Assembly: GCA_041657885.1 (NCBI GenBank)
Contig: JBBABB010000001.1
Location: forward strand, 129,094-193,093
Reading direction: 5' to 3'
Length of the DNA stretch: 64,000 nucleotides
From: Minisyncoccota bacterium
GTDB taxonomy: Bacteria; Patescibacteriota; Minisyncoccia; Phycocordibacterales; UBA9973
Shown in pieces: positions 9,196 to 19,408 of this stretch (its first letter is position 1; each line of letters opens with the position of its first letter). A program made the translations under genes and the position numbers. The notes below the pieces were generated by a model that saw only the letters and a list, made by a program, of their open reading frames with translations, was not told the origin of the DNA and did not search any database.

Positions 9196-10325
9196 ATACT
9201 AGAACCTGCTTTTGCGTCTTCCAAATACACAAGAGTCATTCTTTGATCTTTAGCTTCGAATAATGTTATTTGGAAATTATATGTTTTACCTAATTCAAGT
9301 ATCTTTTTTAATTTTTCTTCTGAACCAAACCCTGAATTATGTACTAACCCTGCAACACCTTGCTTGATAGAAACAAGCGCGCCGTGTTTATTGAATTTAA
9401 TGACAACCCCGGAGACAATATCTCCTTTCTTGAGAGTGTTTTCAAATTCATTCCATGGATTTTCTTTTAGAGCTTTAATTGAAAGAGATATTTTGCCATC
9501 TTTTATTTCAATTATTTTTGCCTTAACTTTATCTCCAATCTTAAACATTGTTCGTGGGTCTTCTACTAACCCCCAATCAATTTCAGAAATATGGACTAGT
9601 CCCTCAAGGCCCTCTTCTAATTTTAAGAATATACCAAAGTCTACGATTCCCGCAACGACACATTCTAATTCATTACCGACGGTGTATTTACCAACAATTT
9701 CTTTTCTTTCTTCTGGATTATTGTCTTTCTCTGAGAAGATAAGTTTACCTTCTTTTGGTAGAGCTGAAATCATTACGACATTTATACGTTTACCGATAAG
9801 TAATTTTAGCGCTTTTAATATTTTATCTTTATCAGAATCTTCTACGCGTGGATAGTGGTCACTCTTTAGCTGACTTGCAGGAAGAAATCCGGCAATACCT
9901 TGCCATTCCAAAATAAGTCCACCCTTGTTTGCTTCTTTGATTGTAAGTTCAAGAGCTTCCTTTGATTTAATGATTTTCTCTGCTTCGTTCCAGATGAGAG
10001 CTTGTTTTGCTTCTTTGAGTGATAATTCAACATAACCTTCTTCATTGTCAGTTGAAACAACCTTTGCTTTAACAACATCACCAATATTTACTTTCTTGAT
10101 AATATCTTTCGCATTTATAAACTCTCGTCCGTAAATAATACCGGTACCGAATGGTGCTAGGTCAATATAAACAGATGATTTTTGAATTAAGATCACAGGA
10201 CCTTCGACGAGTGCATCTACTTGAGGTGGAAGCTCTGCTCTATCCAACATTTTACCGATACTAGAAAGCTCTTTTTTTGCATGTTCTGCAATGTTTTCTA
10301 TTATATCTTTGTCTTCTTTTTTCAT
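9192..10325 (-). CDS. rpsA: 30S ribosomal protein S1 (reduced, about 4 S1 domains)
   Basis: Repeated S1-domain motifs (G.V.G.V....FG.FV.L..G..GL.H.SE). Confidence 0.8.
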   Translation of the reverse strand: MKKEDKDIIENIAEHAKKELSSIGKMLDRAELPPQVDALVEGPVILIQKSSVYIDLAPFGTGIIYGREFINAKDIIKKVNIGDVVKAKVVSTDNEEGYVELSLKEAKQALIWNEAEKIIKSKEALELTIKEANKGGLILEWQGIAGFLPASQLKSDHYPRVEDSDKDKILKALKLLIGKRINVVMISALPKEGKLIFSEKDNNPEERKEIVGKYTVGNELECVVAGIVDFGIFLKLEEGLEGLVHISEIDWGLVEDPRTMFKIGDKVKAKIIEIKDGKISLSIKALKENPWNEFENTLKKGDIVSGVVIKFNKHGALVSIKQGVAGLVHNSGFGSEEKLKKILELGKTYNFQITLFEAKDQRMTLVYLEDAKAGSSI

Positions 10326-10490
10326 AATAATTTGTTGCTAGGTCTTGCCTAGCAAATAAAAAAACCGCATCTTGCGGCGCAGTTGAAGATCTTTTTGTTT
10401 CTATAAACTAAACACAAAAAGGGTTAACCTTCAAACCGAGCTTATAACAGGTTTAATATATCACAAAAGGGAATATCTTGCAAGCCAGTT

Positions 10491-10515
10491 CAGATAGGGG
10501 CTTAGCCCCTATCTG
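10491..10515. repeat. REP-like 25-bp perfect palindrome cagataggggcttagcccctatctg (copy 1, upstream of RAYT)
   Basis: Perfect inverted repeat. Copies at 10731..10755 and 11236..11260. Confidence 0.8.
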
Positions 10516-10544
10516 GGGAATTTAACTTGTAGTATAATAAAAAT

Positions 10545-11249
10545 ATGAGCATAAGAAAACAACCTTTAGTAACAGGGGAAATGTATCATATTTACAATCG
10601 CGGGGTAGACAAGCGAGATATTTTTTCAGATAAAAATGACATTTATCGTTTTATTGAAAGTATTAAAGAATTTAATAGAATAGAAAAAATAGACAGTCTT
10701 GCAAATCTAAGAAAAATAAAATCAAATTCTCAGATAGGGGCTAAGCCCCTATCTGAAGGACCGTTAGTAGAGATTATAGGATATTGCCTTAATCCTAACC
10801 ACTTTCATTTTATATTAAGACAGTCAAATGATAATGGAATCACTAAATTTATGCATAAACTTCTAGGGGGATATACATCTTATTTTAATATTAAAAATTC
10901 TAGATCAGGGTCTCTATTTCAAGGAACTTTTAAATCACAAACTATAACTAATGAAGATTATTTTAATAAGTTAATAGGTTATGTTAACAAAAACTATCAA
11001 ATTCACAGTATTCCAGAAAATAAAAATGATTTAGTTTTTTCGGGGGATTATGAATATGAAAATAATAAATTCAATATTATTTCTAAAAAAGAAGGGGAAA
11101 ATATTTTAGAGGTTTTTGGAGGTGTAAAAAAATTTAAAAAACATTGTGATGAAATAGTTTCTATTGTTAGAGAGGAAAGAGGTAAAAAATCTTTACTTGA
11201 AGATGAAGATTTGAATGTAATTATAGAAAGTCTCCCAGATAGGGGCTAA
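10545..11249 (+). CDS. REP-associated tyrosine transposase (RAYT; IS200-like HuH-Y1 transposase, COG1943 family)
   Basis: MYHIYNRGVDKRDIF...NPNHFHFIL (HuH) ...GGYTSYFN...SGSLFQGTFKS...YVNKNYQ matches the Y1_Tnp/RayT pattern. Flanked by REP palindromes. TATAAT 6 nt upstream of the ATG. Confidence 0.8.
   Translation: MSIRKQPLVTGEMYHIYNRGVDKRDIFSDKNDIYRFIESIKEFNRIEKIDSLANLRKIKSNSQIGAKPLSEGPLVEIIGYCLNPNHFHFILRQSNDNGITKFMHKLLGGYTSYFNIKNSRSGSLFQGTFKSQTITNEDYFNKLIGYVNKNYQIHSIPENKNDLVFSGDYEYENNKFNIISKKEGENILEVFGGVKKFKKHCDEIVSIVREERGKKSLLEDEDLNVIIESLPDRG
10731..10755. repeat. REP palindrome copy 2, in frame inside the RAYT ORF (encodes QIGAKPLSE)
   Basis: Same 25-mer (one central base differs), codon-aligned. 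Confidence 0.8.
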
Positions 11250-11260
11250 GCCCCTATCTG
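11236..11260. repeat. REP palindrome copy 3, overlapping the RAYT stop codon (TAA in the palindrome loop)
   Basis: Same 25-mer; the stop codon 11247..11249 lies in its centre. Confidence 0.8.
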
Positions 11261-11310
11261 AGAGATTGGGCGTTTTTGAGAGTTTTACGCTTTGATGTTT
11301 ATAAATTATT

Positions 11311-11319
11311 TGATATAAT
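11311..11319 (+). promoter_or_regulatory. Extended -10 TGATATAAT 6 nt upstream of ATG 11326
   Basis: Motif. Confidence 0.45.
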
Positions 11320-11325
11320 AGTAGT

Positions 11326-11952
11326 ATGATTATCACATATTTAGGCAAGCAATTCTTCAAAATCGGACAGGGAAGTTTGACGGTGGCTTTTAATCCTATA
11401 AGTAAGGATTCTAAATTCTCTTCTTTGGCTTCTCATTTTGGCTCTGATATTGCCCTTTCAACTGTAAATCACCCTGATTATAATGGCTTTGACAATGTGT
11501 CTCATGGAGATACTATTCCTTTTGAAATTAATGGCCCTGGGGATTATGAAATTAAAGATATTTTTATAAAAGGAGTCATGACTGAAACAACGCTCTCTGG
11601 CAAAAAATATATCAATACCATTTATTCTCTTTCAATTGAAAATATTTCTTTGTGTTTTCTGGGGGCGATAATGGATGAAAAATTAAGCTCAGCTGTTCTT
11701 GGCCAAATAGGAACTCCTGATATATTATTTATACCAATTGGTAATAATGAATTACTTAGCCCAATAGAAGCATACAAACTCGCTGTGACTCTTGAACCAA
11801 AGATTATTATTCCAATGGATTATGACGAAAAGACATTGAAAGCATTTCTTAAAGAAGCCGGACAAGAAAAAGTAGTACCAATTGAGAAGCTTACAATAAA
11901 AGCAAAAGAATTAGCAAGTCGTGAAGGTGAGATTGTCGTATTATCATCATAA
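11326..11952 (+). CDS. MBL-fold (UPF0173-like) metal-dependent hydrolase homolog with degenerate His motif
   Basis: MIITYLGKQFFKI... and ...IIPMDYDE resemble the UPF0173 family, but the HxHxDH motif is replaced (STVNHPDYNG). Confidence 0.35.
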   Translation: MIITYLGKQFFKIGQGSLTVAFNPISKDSKFSSLASHFGSDIALSTVNHPDYNGFDNVSHGDTIPFEINGPGDYEIKDIFIKGVMTETTLSGKKYINTIYSLSIENISLCFLGAIMDEKLSSAVLGQIGTPDILFIPIGNNELLSPIEAYKLAVTLEPKIIIPMDYDEKTLKAFLKEAGQEKVVPIEKLTIKAKELASREGEIVVLSS

Positions 11953-11970
11953 TTTTTTTTATTTTAATTT

Positions 11971-12303
11971 ATGCGTAAATATATAAAAAAATTACAATCT
12001 AAATCGGAAAATACTCGCAAGCAAATACTTGTCGGGTCTCTTATCATTTGTATGTCTTTTGTTTTTCTAATCTGGATAGGAAGTTTAGGATACAGGTTTA
12101 GCAATAAAGAAACTTCTGCACAAGCAAAAGAAGCCATAAAACCATTTGCACTTTTTGGGAAAACAATTTCTGATACATATAATAATGTAAGTGCAAGTGT
12201 TGGGAATATATCATTACAATTAAAAAAAGAAGAATCAAAAACAGAGATGAAGACAGAAACAAAACAGCAGATAGACCTTATTCCAGTAGAATATCAACAA
12301 TAA
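11971..12303 (+). CDS. Hypothetical small membrane-anchored protein
   Basis: ORF with N-terminal TM. Confidence 0.3.
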   Translation: MRKYIKKLQSKSENTRKQILVGSLIICMSFVFLIWIGSLGYRFSNKETSAQAKEAIKPFALFGKTISDTYNNVSASVGNISLQLKKEESKTEMKTETKQQIDLIPVEYQQ

Positions 12304-12306
12304 TTT

Positions 12307-14760
12307 ATGGCTAAAGAAAAAGAAGAAGAAATAAAAGATAAACATATTAACGTTGTTTCTGTGGACATAAGCACAGAGATGAAAGAATCGTTCATAGATT
12401 ATGCTATGTCAGTTATTACTGACCGTGCGCTTCCTGATGTTCGTGATGGATTAAAGCCAGTTCATAGACGTATTTTATATGCTATGTATGAAATGGGGTT
12501 AACACACCAAGGACGCTTTCGCAAAAGTGCGGCCGTAGTCGGAGATGTGCTCGGGAAATATCATCCACATGGAGATGTCGCAGTTTATGACTCTATGGTG
12601 AACATGGCCCAAGATTTTTCTTATCGTTATCCTTTAATTCATGGTCAAGGAAACTTTGGTTCTATAGATGGCGATGGAGCTGCTGCGATGCGTTATACAG
12701 AAGCTAAAATGTCCAAGGTTTCATCTCTATTACTTTTAAATCTAGAAAAGGAAACTGTAGATTTCCGACCAAATTACGACCAGACCCGCAAAGAGCCAAT
12801 CGTTTTGCCAACTGCCGTGCCAAGTTTGATTTTAAATGGCACTCTCGGTATTGCCGTTGGAATGGCAACTAATATACCACCACATAATTTATCTGAAGTT
12901 ATAGATGCGACTGTTCACTTGATAGACAACAAAGATGCTACAACTGAAGACCTGATGGAATTTATTAAAGGACCGGATTTTCCAGTCGGTGGTGTCGTTT
13001 ATGGTCAGGCAGATTTACTTCATGCTTATTCTACTGGACGCGGAGGAGTAGTTACTCGTGGTGAAGCGGAGATAGTTGAGCAAAAGAGTGAAACTTTTCA
13101 AATAATAATTACCTCAATCCCATATCGTGTAAACAAATCCGCGCTTATTGAATCAATCGCTCTTCTTATTCAAGAGAAAAAACTTGAAGGGATAAAAGGA
13201 CTTCGCGATGAATCAACCAAAGATATTCGCGTAGTTATTGACCTCAAGAGTGGAGTTTTCCCACAAAAAGTTTTAAATTATATTTACAAGCATACTCAAC
13301 TAGAGCAGTCATTTAATTTCAATATTGTGGCATTAGTTGATGGAGTTCCCCAGACCTTATCGCTCAAAAGTTTGCTTAGTGAATTTATTTCCCACCGCGA
13401 GATTGTGGTTCGTCGTCGAACTGAATATGATTTAAGAAAAGCCACAGAAAGAGAACATATACTTTTGGGACTCAAGAAAGCACTTGACCATATAGATAGG
13501 GTTATTTCTGTTATTCGAGCATCAAAAGATACAATAGTGGCTAAATTAAATTTGATGAAAGAGTTTAAGTTTTCTGAAATACAAGCAATTGCAATTCTTG
13601 AAATGAAACTTCAGAAGTTGGCAGGGCTTGAGCGTAAAAATGTAGAACTTGAATTAAAAGAAAAACAAGAATTAATCAAAGAATTAGAAGCTTTACTTGC
13701 AAGCCCCAAAAAAATGATGACTGTTATTTCAGATGAACTCAAAGATATAAAAGAAAAATACAGTGATGTTAGACGTACTCGTATTATAAAAGGAGGGGTA
13801 AAAGCAATTAACGAAGAAGATCTTATTCCAGAAAAAGAATCGGTTCTAGTATTTACCAAGGGTGGCTATGTCAAGCGAACAGACCCATCTGAATATCATA
13901 CACAGAAACGTGGTGGTGTAGGGGTCATAGACATAGAACCAAAAGAAGAAGATTTTGTCACAATGCTAATATCGGCAAATACTCATAGTGATTTATTATT
14001 CTTCACTAATTTGGGCAAAGCATATCAGATAAAGATGTATGATATTCCAGAAGGAAAACGTGCGACAAAAGGTAAGTCCATAATGAATTTCATTTCTTTA
14101 AGTGCTGATGAAAAAGTGACTTCTATCTTACCGATAGATAAAGAAACAAAAAAGATAATAGAAAATTTAATGATGGTCACTAAAATGGGCATAGCTAAAA
14201 AAGTCGGAGCGGAAAGCTTTAAAGATGTTCGTAGAAGCGGTTTAATTGCGATTAAACTTGATAAGGAAGATGAGTTACAAGCAGTTCTTGCCGTAGCAAA
14301 AGGGGATGATGTTGCGCTCGCGACAACTTTAGGGCAATCTATCAGATTTAAAGAAACAGACGTGAGAGAAATGGGACGTGGAGCAGGAGGTGTCAGAGCT
14401 ATTAAGTTAGGCAAAGGTGATTTTGTTATAGGAGTGGATAGGGTGCCTCGCGGAGAAATCAAACTTTCTATTCTTACTTTGAGCTCAAATGGTTTTGGTA
14501 AAAAAACTAATATAAAGGAATATAAGACCCAAAAACGGGGAGGTTCTGGTATCAAAACGGCGAAAGTCACCCCAAAAACAGGCAAGCTAATAGTGGCAAA
14601 AATAGTTGGGGAGGAAAATGAAATTATTGCAGTGTCTCAAAAAGGGCAAGTAATTCGAGTAAGTTTGAGTTCTATTCCTACTTCTGGCCGTCAGACTCAA
14701 GGAGTAACTGTGATGAAGTTAAGAGGTGGGGACAATATTGCATCAATTACGTGTTTGTAA
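12307..14760 (+). CDS. gyrA: DNA gyrase subunit A
   Basis: [30 protein letters not shown]; the GyrA C-terminal repeat motif (Q.RGG.G) occurs several times. Confidence 0.95.
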   Translation: MAKEKEEEIKDKHINVVSVDISTEMKESFIDYAMSVITDRALPDVRDGLKPVHRRILYAMYEMGLTHQGRFRKSAAVVGDVLGKYHPHGDVAVYDSMVNMAQDFSYRYPLIHGQGNFGSIDGDGAAAMRYTEAKMSKVSSLLLLNLEKETVDFRPNYDQTRKEPIVLPTAVPSLILNGTLGIAVGMATNIPPHNLSEVIDATVHLIDNKDATTEDLMEFIKGPDFPVGGVVYGQADLLHAYSTGRGGVVTRGEAEIVEQKSETFQIIITSIPYRVNKSALIESIALLIQEKKLEGIKGLRDESTKDIRVVIDLKSGVFPQKVLNYIYKHTQLEQSFNFNIVALVDGVPQTLSLKSLLSEFISHREIVVRRRTEYDLRKATEREHILLGLKKALDHIDRVISVIRASKDTIVAKLNLMKEFKFSEIQAIAILEMKLQKLAGLERKNVELELKEKQELIKELEALLASPKKMMTVISDELKDIKEKYSDVRRTRIIKGGVKAINEEDLIPEKESVLVFTKGGYVKRTDPSEYHTQKRGGVGVIDIEPKEEDFVTMLISANTHSDLLFFTNLGKAYQIKMYDIPEGKRATKGKSIMNFISLSADEKVTSILPIDKETKKIIENLMMVTKMGIAKKVGAESFKDVRRSGLIAIKLDKEDELQAVLAVAKGDDVALATTLGQSIRFKETDVREMGRGAGGVRAIKLGKGDFVIGVDRVPRGEIKLSILTLSSNGFGKKTNIKEYKTQKRGGSGIKTAKVTPKTGKLIVAKIVGEENEIIAVSQKGQVIRVSLSSIPTSGRQTQGVTVMKLRGGDNIASITCL

Positions 14761-14776
14761 AAAAATAAAATATTTT

Positions 14777-15208
14777 ATGATAAAAATTCCATACTACGAA
14801 AACTCATATTTTGCTTTACATAATTTTTCTGCTCATTCCATTAAATACAATGGCGTTATTTATACAACAGTCGAACATGCATTTCACTCAGTAAAATTTG
14901 ATGATGAAAATATAAAGGAGGAAATTAGAAAGGCTAGAAGTCCATTTGAAGCTTATGAATTAGGGAAGAAATATAAATCATTTAGAAAAACAAATTGGGA
15001 TGAGATAAAAGTGAGTGTTTTGTATGAGATAATTACAGAAAAAGTTAAGCAACATGAAGAAGTTAAGAAAGTACTATTATCTACAAATAAAGAGGAAATA
15101 GTTGAAGATAATCCAAACGATGATTTTTGGGGTAATGGAAAAGATGGTAATGGTCAAAACCAAACTGGCAAAATTTTAATGAAAATTAGGTCAGAGTTAA
15201 AATCTTGA
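14777..15208 (+). CDS. NADAR/YbiA-family (DUF1768) protein
   Basis: YFALHNFSAHSIKYNGVIYTTVEHAFHSVKF...W......M matches the YbiA/NADAR pattern. ATG at 14777 avoids overlap with gyrA. Confidence 0.65.
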   Translation: MIKIPYYENSYFALHNFSAHSIKYNGVIYTTVEHAFHSVKFDDENIKEEIRKARSPFEAYELGKKYKSFRKTNWDEIKVSVLYEIITEKVKQHEEVKKVLLSTNKEEIVEDNPNDDFWGNGKDGNGQNQTGKILMKIRSELKS

Positions 15209-15241
15209 TCAACCATGGTTATTTAAAGTAAAACTAATTTG

Positions 15242-15269
15242 CAATAAATATACAGGGGTGGATTTATTG
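15242..15269. repeat. Palindrome caataaatatacaggggtggatttattg upstream of PaaX-like gene (imperfect copy of 15910..15943)
   Basis: Inverted repeat around a CAGGGG core. Confidence 0.6.
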
Positions 15270-15301
15270 CAAAATAAATTTGTTTATAATAGTATGTAGA
15301 T

Positions 15302-15880
15302 ATGTCTGAAATAGAGAAAGAATTAAGAAAAGAAAGAAAAAAGACAAATATACAAAAAATTATTTTAAGCTCTATTGCTACTGCTGGAATATTAAGTGTT
15401 GCACTTCTGGCACCCAATGCACTTCAAGTATTAAAATCTCTTGGTTTAGATAAAAAATTGAAAAATTTTAGAAATGATACAAATCGTTCACTTTCAAGAC
15501 TCCTATCCTCTGGTTTAGTCGTCTTTATTGAAGAGAATGGGAAAAAATATTTAAAACTTACCGAAAAAGGTAAATTAAAATTAATACGTCTTGAAAAATA
15601 TAATTTTAAATTTAAAAAACCAAGAAAATGGGATAAAAAATGGCGAATAGTGATTTTTGATATTCCTCAAAAAAGAAGATTACAAAGGGATAATTTAAGA
15701 TTCACTTTAAAACAAATTGGATTTATAAAATTACAACATAGTGTTTGGGTTTATCCATATGATTGTGAAGACCTAATTACTTTATTGAAATTAGATTTTA
15801 AAATAGGTAGGGAGATTCTATATATTATTGCTGATAAAATTGAAAATGATAAGATTTTGAAAGAGTGTTTTAAATTATAA
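15302..15880 (+). CDS. PaaX-like winged-helix regulator (paralog of 54462..55007)
   Basis: C-terminal WDKKWRIVIFDIPQKRRLQRDNLRFTLKQIGFIKLQHSVWVYP matches the PaaX_C pattern (WDG.W.LV.F.IPE..R..R..LR..L...GF..L..SVW..P); N-terminal winged-helix-like region. Confidence 0.5.
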   Translation: MSEIEKELRKERKKTNIQKIILSSIATAGILSVALLAPNALQVLKSLGLDKKLKNFRNDTNRSLSRLLSSGLVVFIEENGKKYLKLTEKGKLKLIRLEKYNFKFKKPRKWDKKWRIVIFDIPQKRRLQRDNLRFTLKQIGFIKLQHSVWVYPYDCEDLITLLKLDFKIGREILYIIADKIENDKILKECFKL

Positions 15881-15909
15881 GAATAGGGGATATTAGATTA
15901 TAAAATTTG

Positions 15910-15943
15910 TTACAATAAATCCACAGGGGTGGATTTATTGTAA
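15910..15943. repeat. Perfect 14-bp-arm palindrome ttacaataaatcca-cagggg-tggatttattgtaa downstream of PaaX-like gene
   Basis: Inverted repeat seen in the sequence. Confidence 0.7.
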
Positions 15944-16012
15944 CAGGGAAATAAAAAAAGGGAGGTTTGTTGATAAAAGTTTATACACATTGCTTCTTTT
16001 TTTAATTGCATA

Positions 16013-16021
16013 TGATATAAT
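16013..16021 (+). promoter_or_regulatory. Extended -10 TGATATAAT 6 nt upstream of ATG 16028
   Basis: Motif. Confidence 0.45.
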
Positions 16022-16027
16022 ATATAT

Positions 16028-16555
16028 ATGTTTACTAATCCAGAACAAAATATTTTACATTTAGGACTTACAGAAGGAATGCGTGTAGCAGACTTTGGCG
16101 CAGGGACGGGTTTTTATTCTAAGGCGGCAAGCGCAAAAGTAGGATATACAGGTAAAGTTTATGCCATAGAAGTACAAAAAGATTTAGTGAAAAGGCTTGA
16201 GAGTGAAATAAAAAGTTGGGGTATCTTAAATATAGATTGTATCTGGGGTGATATAGAAAAGAGAAATGGTACAAAAATTTCTGACCAAAGTGTGGATGTA
16301 GTTATTGTGTCCAATGTCTTATTTCAAGCTGAAGACAAGCTTGGGCTTATAGATGAAGCTAAACGTGTTTTAAAGAAAGGCGGTAAGGTTCTTTTGATAG
16401 ATTGGAGTGATTCGTTTGGAGGTATGGGGCCTACAACGGAGAGTGTTGTGACGGAAAGTATGGCAAAAGAATTATTTGAGAAAAGAGGATTTAAATTAGA
16501 AGAAAGTATTTCCACAAGTGCCCATCATTATGGTATAATTTTCAAGTATGAGTAA
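16028..16555 (+). CDS. Class I SAM-dependent methyltransferase
   Basis: VADFGAGTGFYS (motif I), DVVIVSNVL, GGKVLLIDW. Confidence 0.75.
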   Translation: MFTNPEQNILHLGLTEGMRVADFGAGTGFYSKAASAKVGYTGKVYAIEVQKDLVKRLESEIKSWGILNIDCIWGDIEKRNGTKISDQSVDVVIVSNVLFQAEDKLGLIDEAKRVLKKGGKVLLIDWSDSFGGMGPTTESVVTESMAKELFEKRGFKLEESISTSAHHYGIIFKYE

Positions 16556-17855
16556 TTTCCAGACAATTTTAATCGCAATCTTTTTGTCTTTTTTTGTTTT
16601 TGCTGTTTTGATATTCTCGGGAGTTATTAAAATGGGCAGGTCACCTAGTAACAATAGCCCTCAAGGCAAGATTGTTATCTGGGGGATTTTTCCGAATTCC
16701 GCATTAGCAGGTGTGCTTGAGTCTATAAATTCAAATAACGATGGTTTAAGTTCAAGTTATGTAAAAAAAGATGCATCTACTTACCAGCAAGATTTAATAG
16801 AAGCATTTGCAAATGGAAAAGCTCCAGATTTATTCATCATAACTCCGGATATGCTTCTAAATAATGATAATTTTATATATAAAATACCATATGCCAGTTA
16901 TCCCCAAAAGACATTTACTGATTCATTTATTGAAGGAGCAATTATTTATTTAGATGGACAAAATGTTTTAGGTTTTCCAATCGTTGTTGACCCTATGGTT
17001 TTATATTACAACAAAGATATTCTTACAAATGAGGGTATTGTTTATCCCCCAAAAAGTTGGGATGAATTATTTAATCTTAATCCTTCTTTAACAAAAAGAG
17101 ATAACAGTGGGAAAATTTTTCAAAGCATGATTGCTCTTGGTCAATATAGTAATTTGAACAATGCCAAAGATATACTCGCGACATTACTTATTCAAAATAA
17201 TAATAATATAATAGAAAGGGAAAGTGATTCTAGCTATATTTCTACTTTGAATAATAACCCATCAAAAACGTCTGTTTCCCCTATAGAAGCGGTTCTTAAA
17301 TTCTTTGTAGAATTTTCCAATCCATCAAATACAGCTTACTCTTGGAATCGGTCGCTCCCTAATTCTTTAGACATGTTTACAAGTGGTAAGCTTGCTTTTT
17401 ATCTAGGTAGAGCTAGCGAATTGTTTAATATCCAATCAATCAATCCAAATTTAAGTTTTGATGTAACTCAAATTCCACAAATAAAAAATTCTACAAACAA
17501 ACGTACATATGGTGAAATATATACAGTCGTTGTTAATAAAAATTCTAGTAATATAACATCAGCATTTGGGGTGGCAGGAATGCTAAGTCAAGGGGAGAAT
17601 GCCAAGAATTTAAGCATATCTCTATCACTCCCACCCACCTCTCGAGCTCTTCTTGCTGATAAACCAGTTGACAATCCATATTTGTTCACGTTTTTTGATT
17701 CTGCTCTTATCTCAAGGTCTTGGCTTGACCCAGATAAGGGTAAAAGTGATCTAATTTTTAAAGATTTAGTAGAAAACATATTATCAAACAATCTGTCGGT
17801 CAGCGAAGCTATTAGGAAAGCCCAAGGGCAACTTGAGCTTTTACTTAAGAAATAA
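16548..17855 (+). CDS. Extracellular solute-binding protein family 1-like (membrane anchored)
   Basis: N-terminal TM/signal. GKIVIWGIF...GKAPDLFIITPDML resembles SBP_bac_1. Confidence 0.45.
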   Translation: MSNFQTILIAIFLSFFVFAVLIFSGVIKMGRSPSNNSPQGKIVIWGIFPNSALAGVLESINSNNDGLSSSYVKKDASTYQQDLIEAFANGKAPDLFIITPDMLLNNDNFIYKIPYASYPQKTFTDSFIEGAIIYLDGQNVLGFPIVVDPMVLYYNKDILTNEGIVYPPKSWDELFNLNPSLTKRDNSGKIFQSMIALGQYSNLNNAKDILATLLIQNNNNIIERESDSSYISTLNNNPSKTSVSPIEAVLKFFVEFSNPSNTAYSWNRSLPNSLDMFTSGKLAFYLGRASELFNIQSINPNLSFDVTQIPQIKNSTNKRTYGEIYTVVVNKNSSNITSAFGVAGMLSQGENAKNLSISLSLPPTSRALLADKPVDNPYLFTFFDSALISRSWLDPDKGKSDLIFKDLVENILSNNLSVSEAIRKAQGQLELLLKK

Positions 17856-17857
17856 TT

Positions 17858-18307
17858 ATGTTTAAAAAAACACTACCATTTATTTTAGGATTTATAATAA
17901 TTTTTACCCCCCCTCTTTTAGTTTTAGGGGCAGGTTTAGTTCCTGATTGTAATATGGGGGAGATGATAACTGTACCTAGCCATACAGAAGTGATAGACGG
18001 TAAAACTGTAACTATTCCAGAAAATTATCAATACAAAAATCCATGTAATTTTAATGCACTAATGGAATTAGTTAATACAGTTATTAATTTTATACTTGTC
18101 AAACTCGCGACTCCATTATTTGCTCTTATCCTTGTCTATGTTGGCTGGCTATATCTTAGCGATATGGGCAGTGCAACAAATGTTACAAAATCCAAAACAA
18201 TTTTAAAAAATGCTTTCATTGGTTTTGTTATTGCTCTCGCAGCTTGGCTTATTGTAAAAACCATTCTTCTTAGTTTGGGTTTTACCGGCCCGATGTTTTT
18301 GAGCTAG
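17858..18307 (+). CDS. Small secreted two-TM protein, member 1 of pilin-like (VirB2/TrbC-like) paralog array
   Basis: Signal peptide; two C-terminal hydrophobic helices separated by a short polar loop; shared architecture with the five following ORFs. Confidence 0.4.
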   Translation: MFKKTLPFILGFIIIFTPPLLVLGAGLVPDCNMGEMITVPSHTEVIDGKTVTIPENYQYKNPCNFNALMELVNTVINFILVKLATPLFALILVYVGWLYLSDMGSATNVTKSKTILKNAFIGFVIALAAWLIVKTILLSLGFTGPMFLS

Positions 18308-18438
18308 TTATTATTAATTAATCCCGTACGAAGCGTTTATGGCTAATAACGGGAAGTAAAAAATAAAGTTATATTTATGTCGAGTTTATTAAGTTAATGT
18401 AAGTAACGGAAATGTAAACATTTCCTGCTTCGTACGGG

Positions 18439-18915
18439 ATGAAAATTTTCAAAACAAAAAAATATAGTATCCTCTCAAATATTTTAAAATATAGTTTTGT
18501 TGTTATGTTTATGTTTATGTTGATTATCCCCGTTCTATTTGTAAATGCAGAAGTGTGTGCTGATGGAAGTGTTAAAACTGTTTGTCCAGACGGAGGTGGT
18601 GCAAATACTCCTGATGGAGGGGGCACAAATATCACAACCAAAATAGATAACCCCCTAGGACCCAAAATAACAGATATTCCTTCTTTTATACAAGAAGTTA
18701 TAGTCATAGTTCTTACTGTTGGAATTCCAATTATTGCTCTTGCTATTATTTATACAGGATTTCTTTTTGTGGAAGCTCAAGGTAATCCTGAAAAGCTTAC
18801 TAAGGCCAAAAAAGCGCTTCTGTACACTCTGATAGGTGGAGCATTATTGCTTGGAGCGTTCGTTATAGCGAATGCTATTGGTAAAACGGTCGATGAGATT
18901 AAAAGTACAACATAA
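18439..18915 (+). CDS. Pilin-like two-TM paralog 2 (Cys/Gly-rich extracellular segment CADGSVKTVCPDGGGANTPDGGG)
   Basis: Same architecture as the other array members. Confidence 0.4.
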   Translation: MKIFKTKKYSILSNILKYSFVVMFMFMLIIPVLFVNAEVCADGSVKTVCPDGGGANTPDGGGTNITTKIDNPLGPKITDIPSFIQEVIVIVLTVGIPIIALAIIYTGFLFVEAQGNPEKLTKAKKALLYTLIGGALLLGAFVIANAIGKTVDEIKSTT

Positions 18916-18923
18916 TATATTAT

Positions 18924-19277
18924 ATGAATACAATGATTGCTTATGCAGTAGAAAATACAACTGTTGGAGGTGTCGCTTGTGATGTTGCAATAACAAATTT
19001 AACTACTCTTATTAATTTCTTTACTTGCACAATAATGAAAGCAATAGTTCCTTTGCTCGTTTCTTTGGCTATGGCTGGGTTTGTTTATGGGGTCATAAAA
19101 TTTTTTATGAATCCCGATAATGAAGAAAAACGCAAGAATGGGAAAAGTTTTATGCTTTGGGGGGTAGTTTCTTTATTTGTAATAGTAAGTATTTGGGGAT
19201 TGGTCGGGATACTCTCTAATACGTTTTTAAAGGGGGATATTCCAGTTATGCCTTCGCTTCCAGAACCAATAAGGTAG
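18924..19277 (+). CDS. Pilin-like two-TM paralog 3
   Basis: GFVYGVIKFFMNPDNEEKRKNGKSFMLWGVV motif shared with paralog 5. Confidence 0.4.
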   Translation: MNTMIAYAVENTTVGGVACDVAITNLTTLINFFTCTIMKAIVPLLVSLAMAGFVYGVIKFFMNPDNEEKRKNGKSFMLWGVVSLFVIVSIWGLVGILSNTFLKGDIPVMPSLPEPIR

Positions 19278-19408
19278 CGTATTGTATTTTTTATTGATAT
19301 AATGTAATAAGTACGTTTGTGTTTAGTTTTATTTCCTACGGTCGGTGGGATTTAAAAAAATTATTATTAGGTCGTTAATTTATAAAGTTTATATTTAATT
19401 TTTAATTT

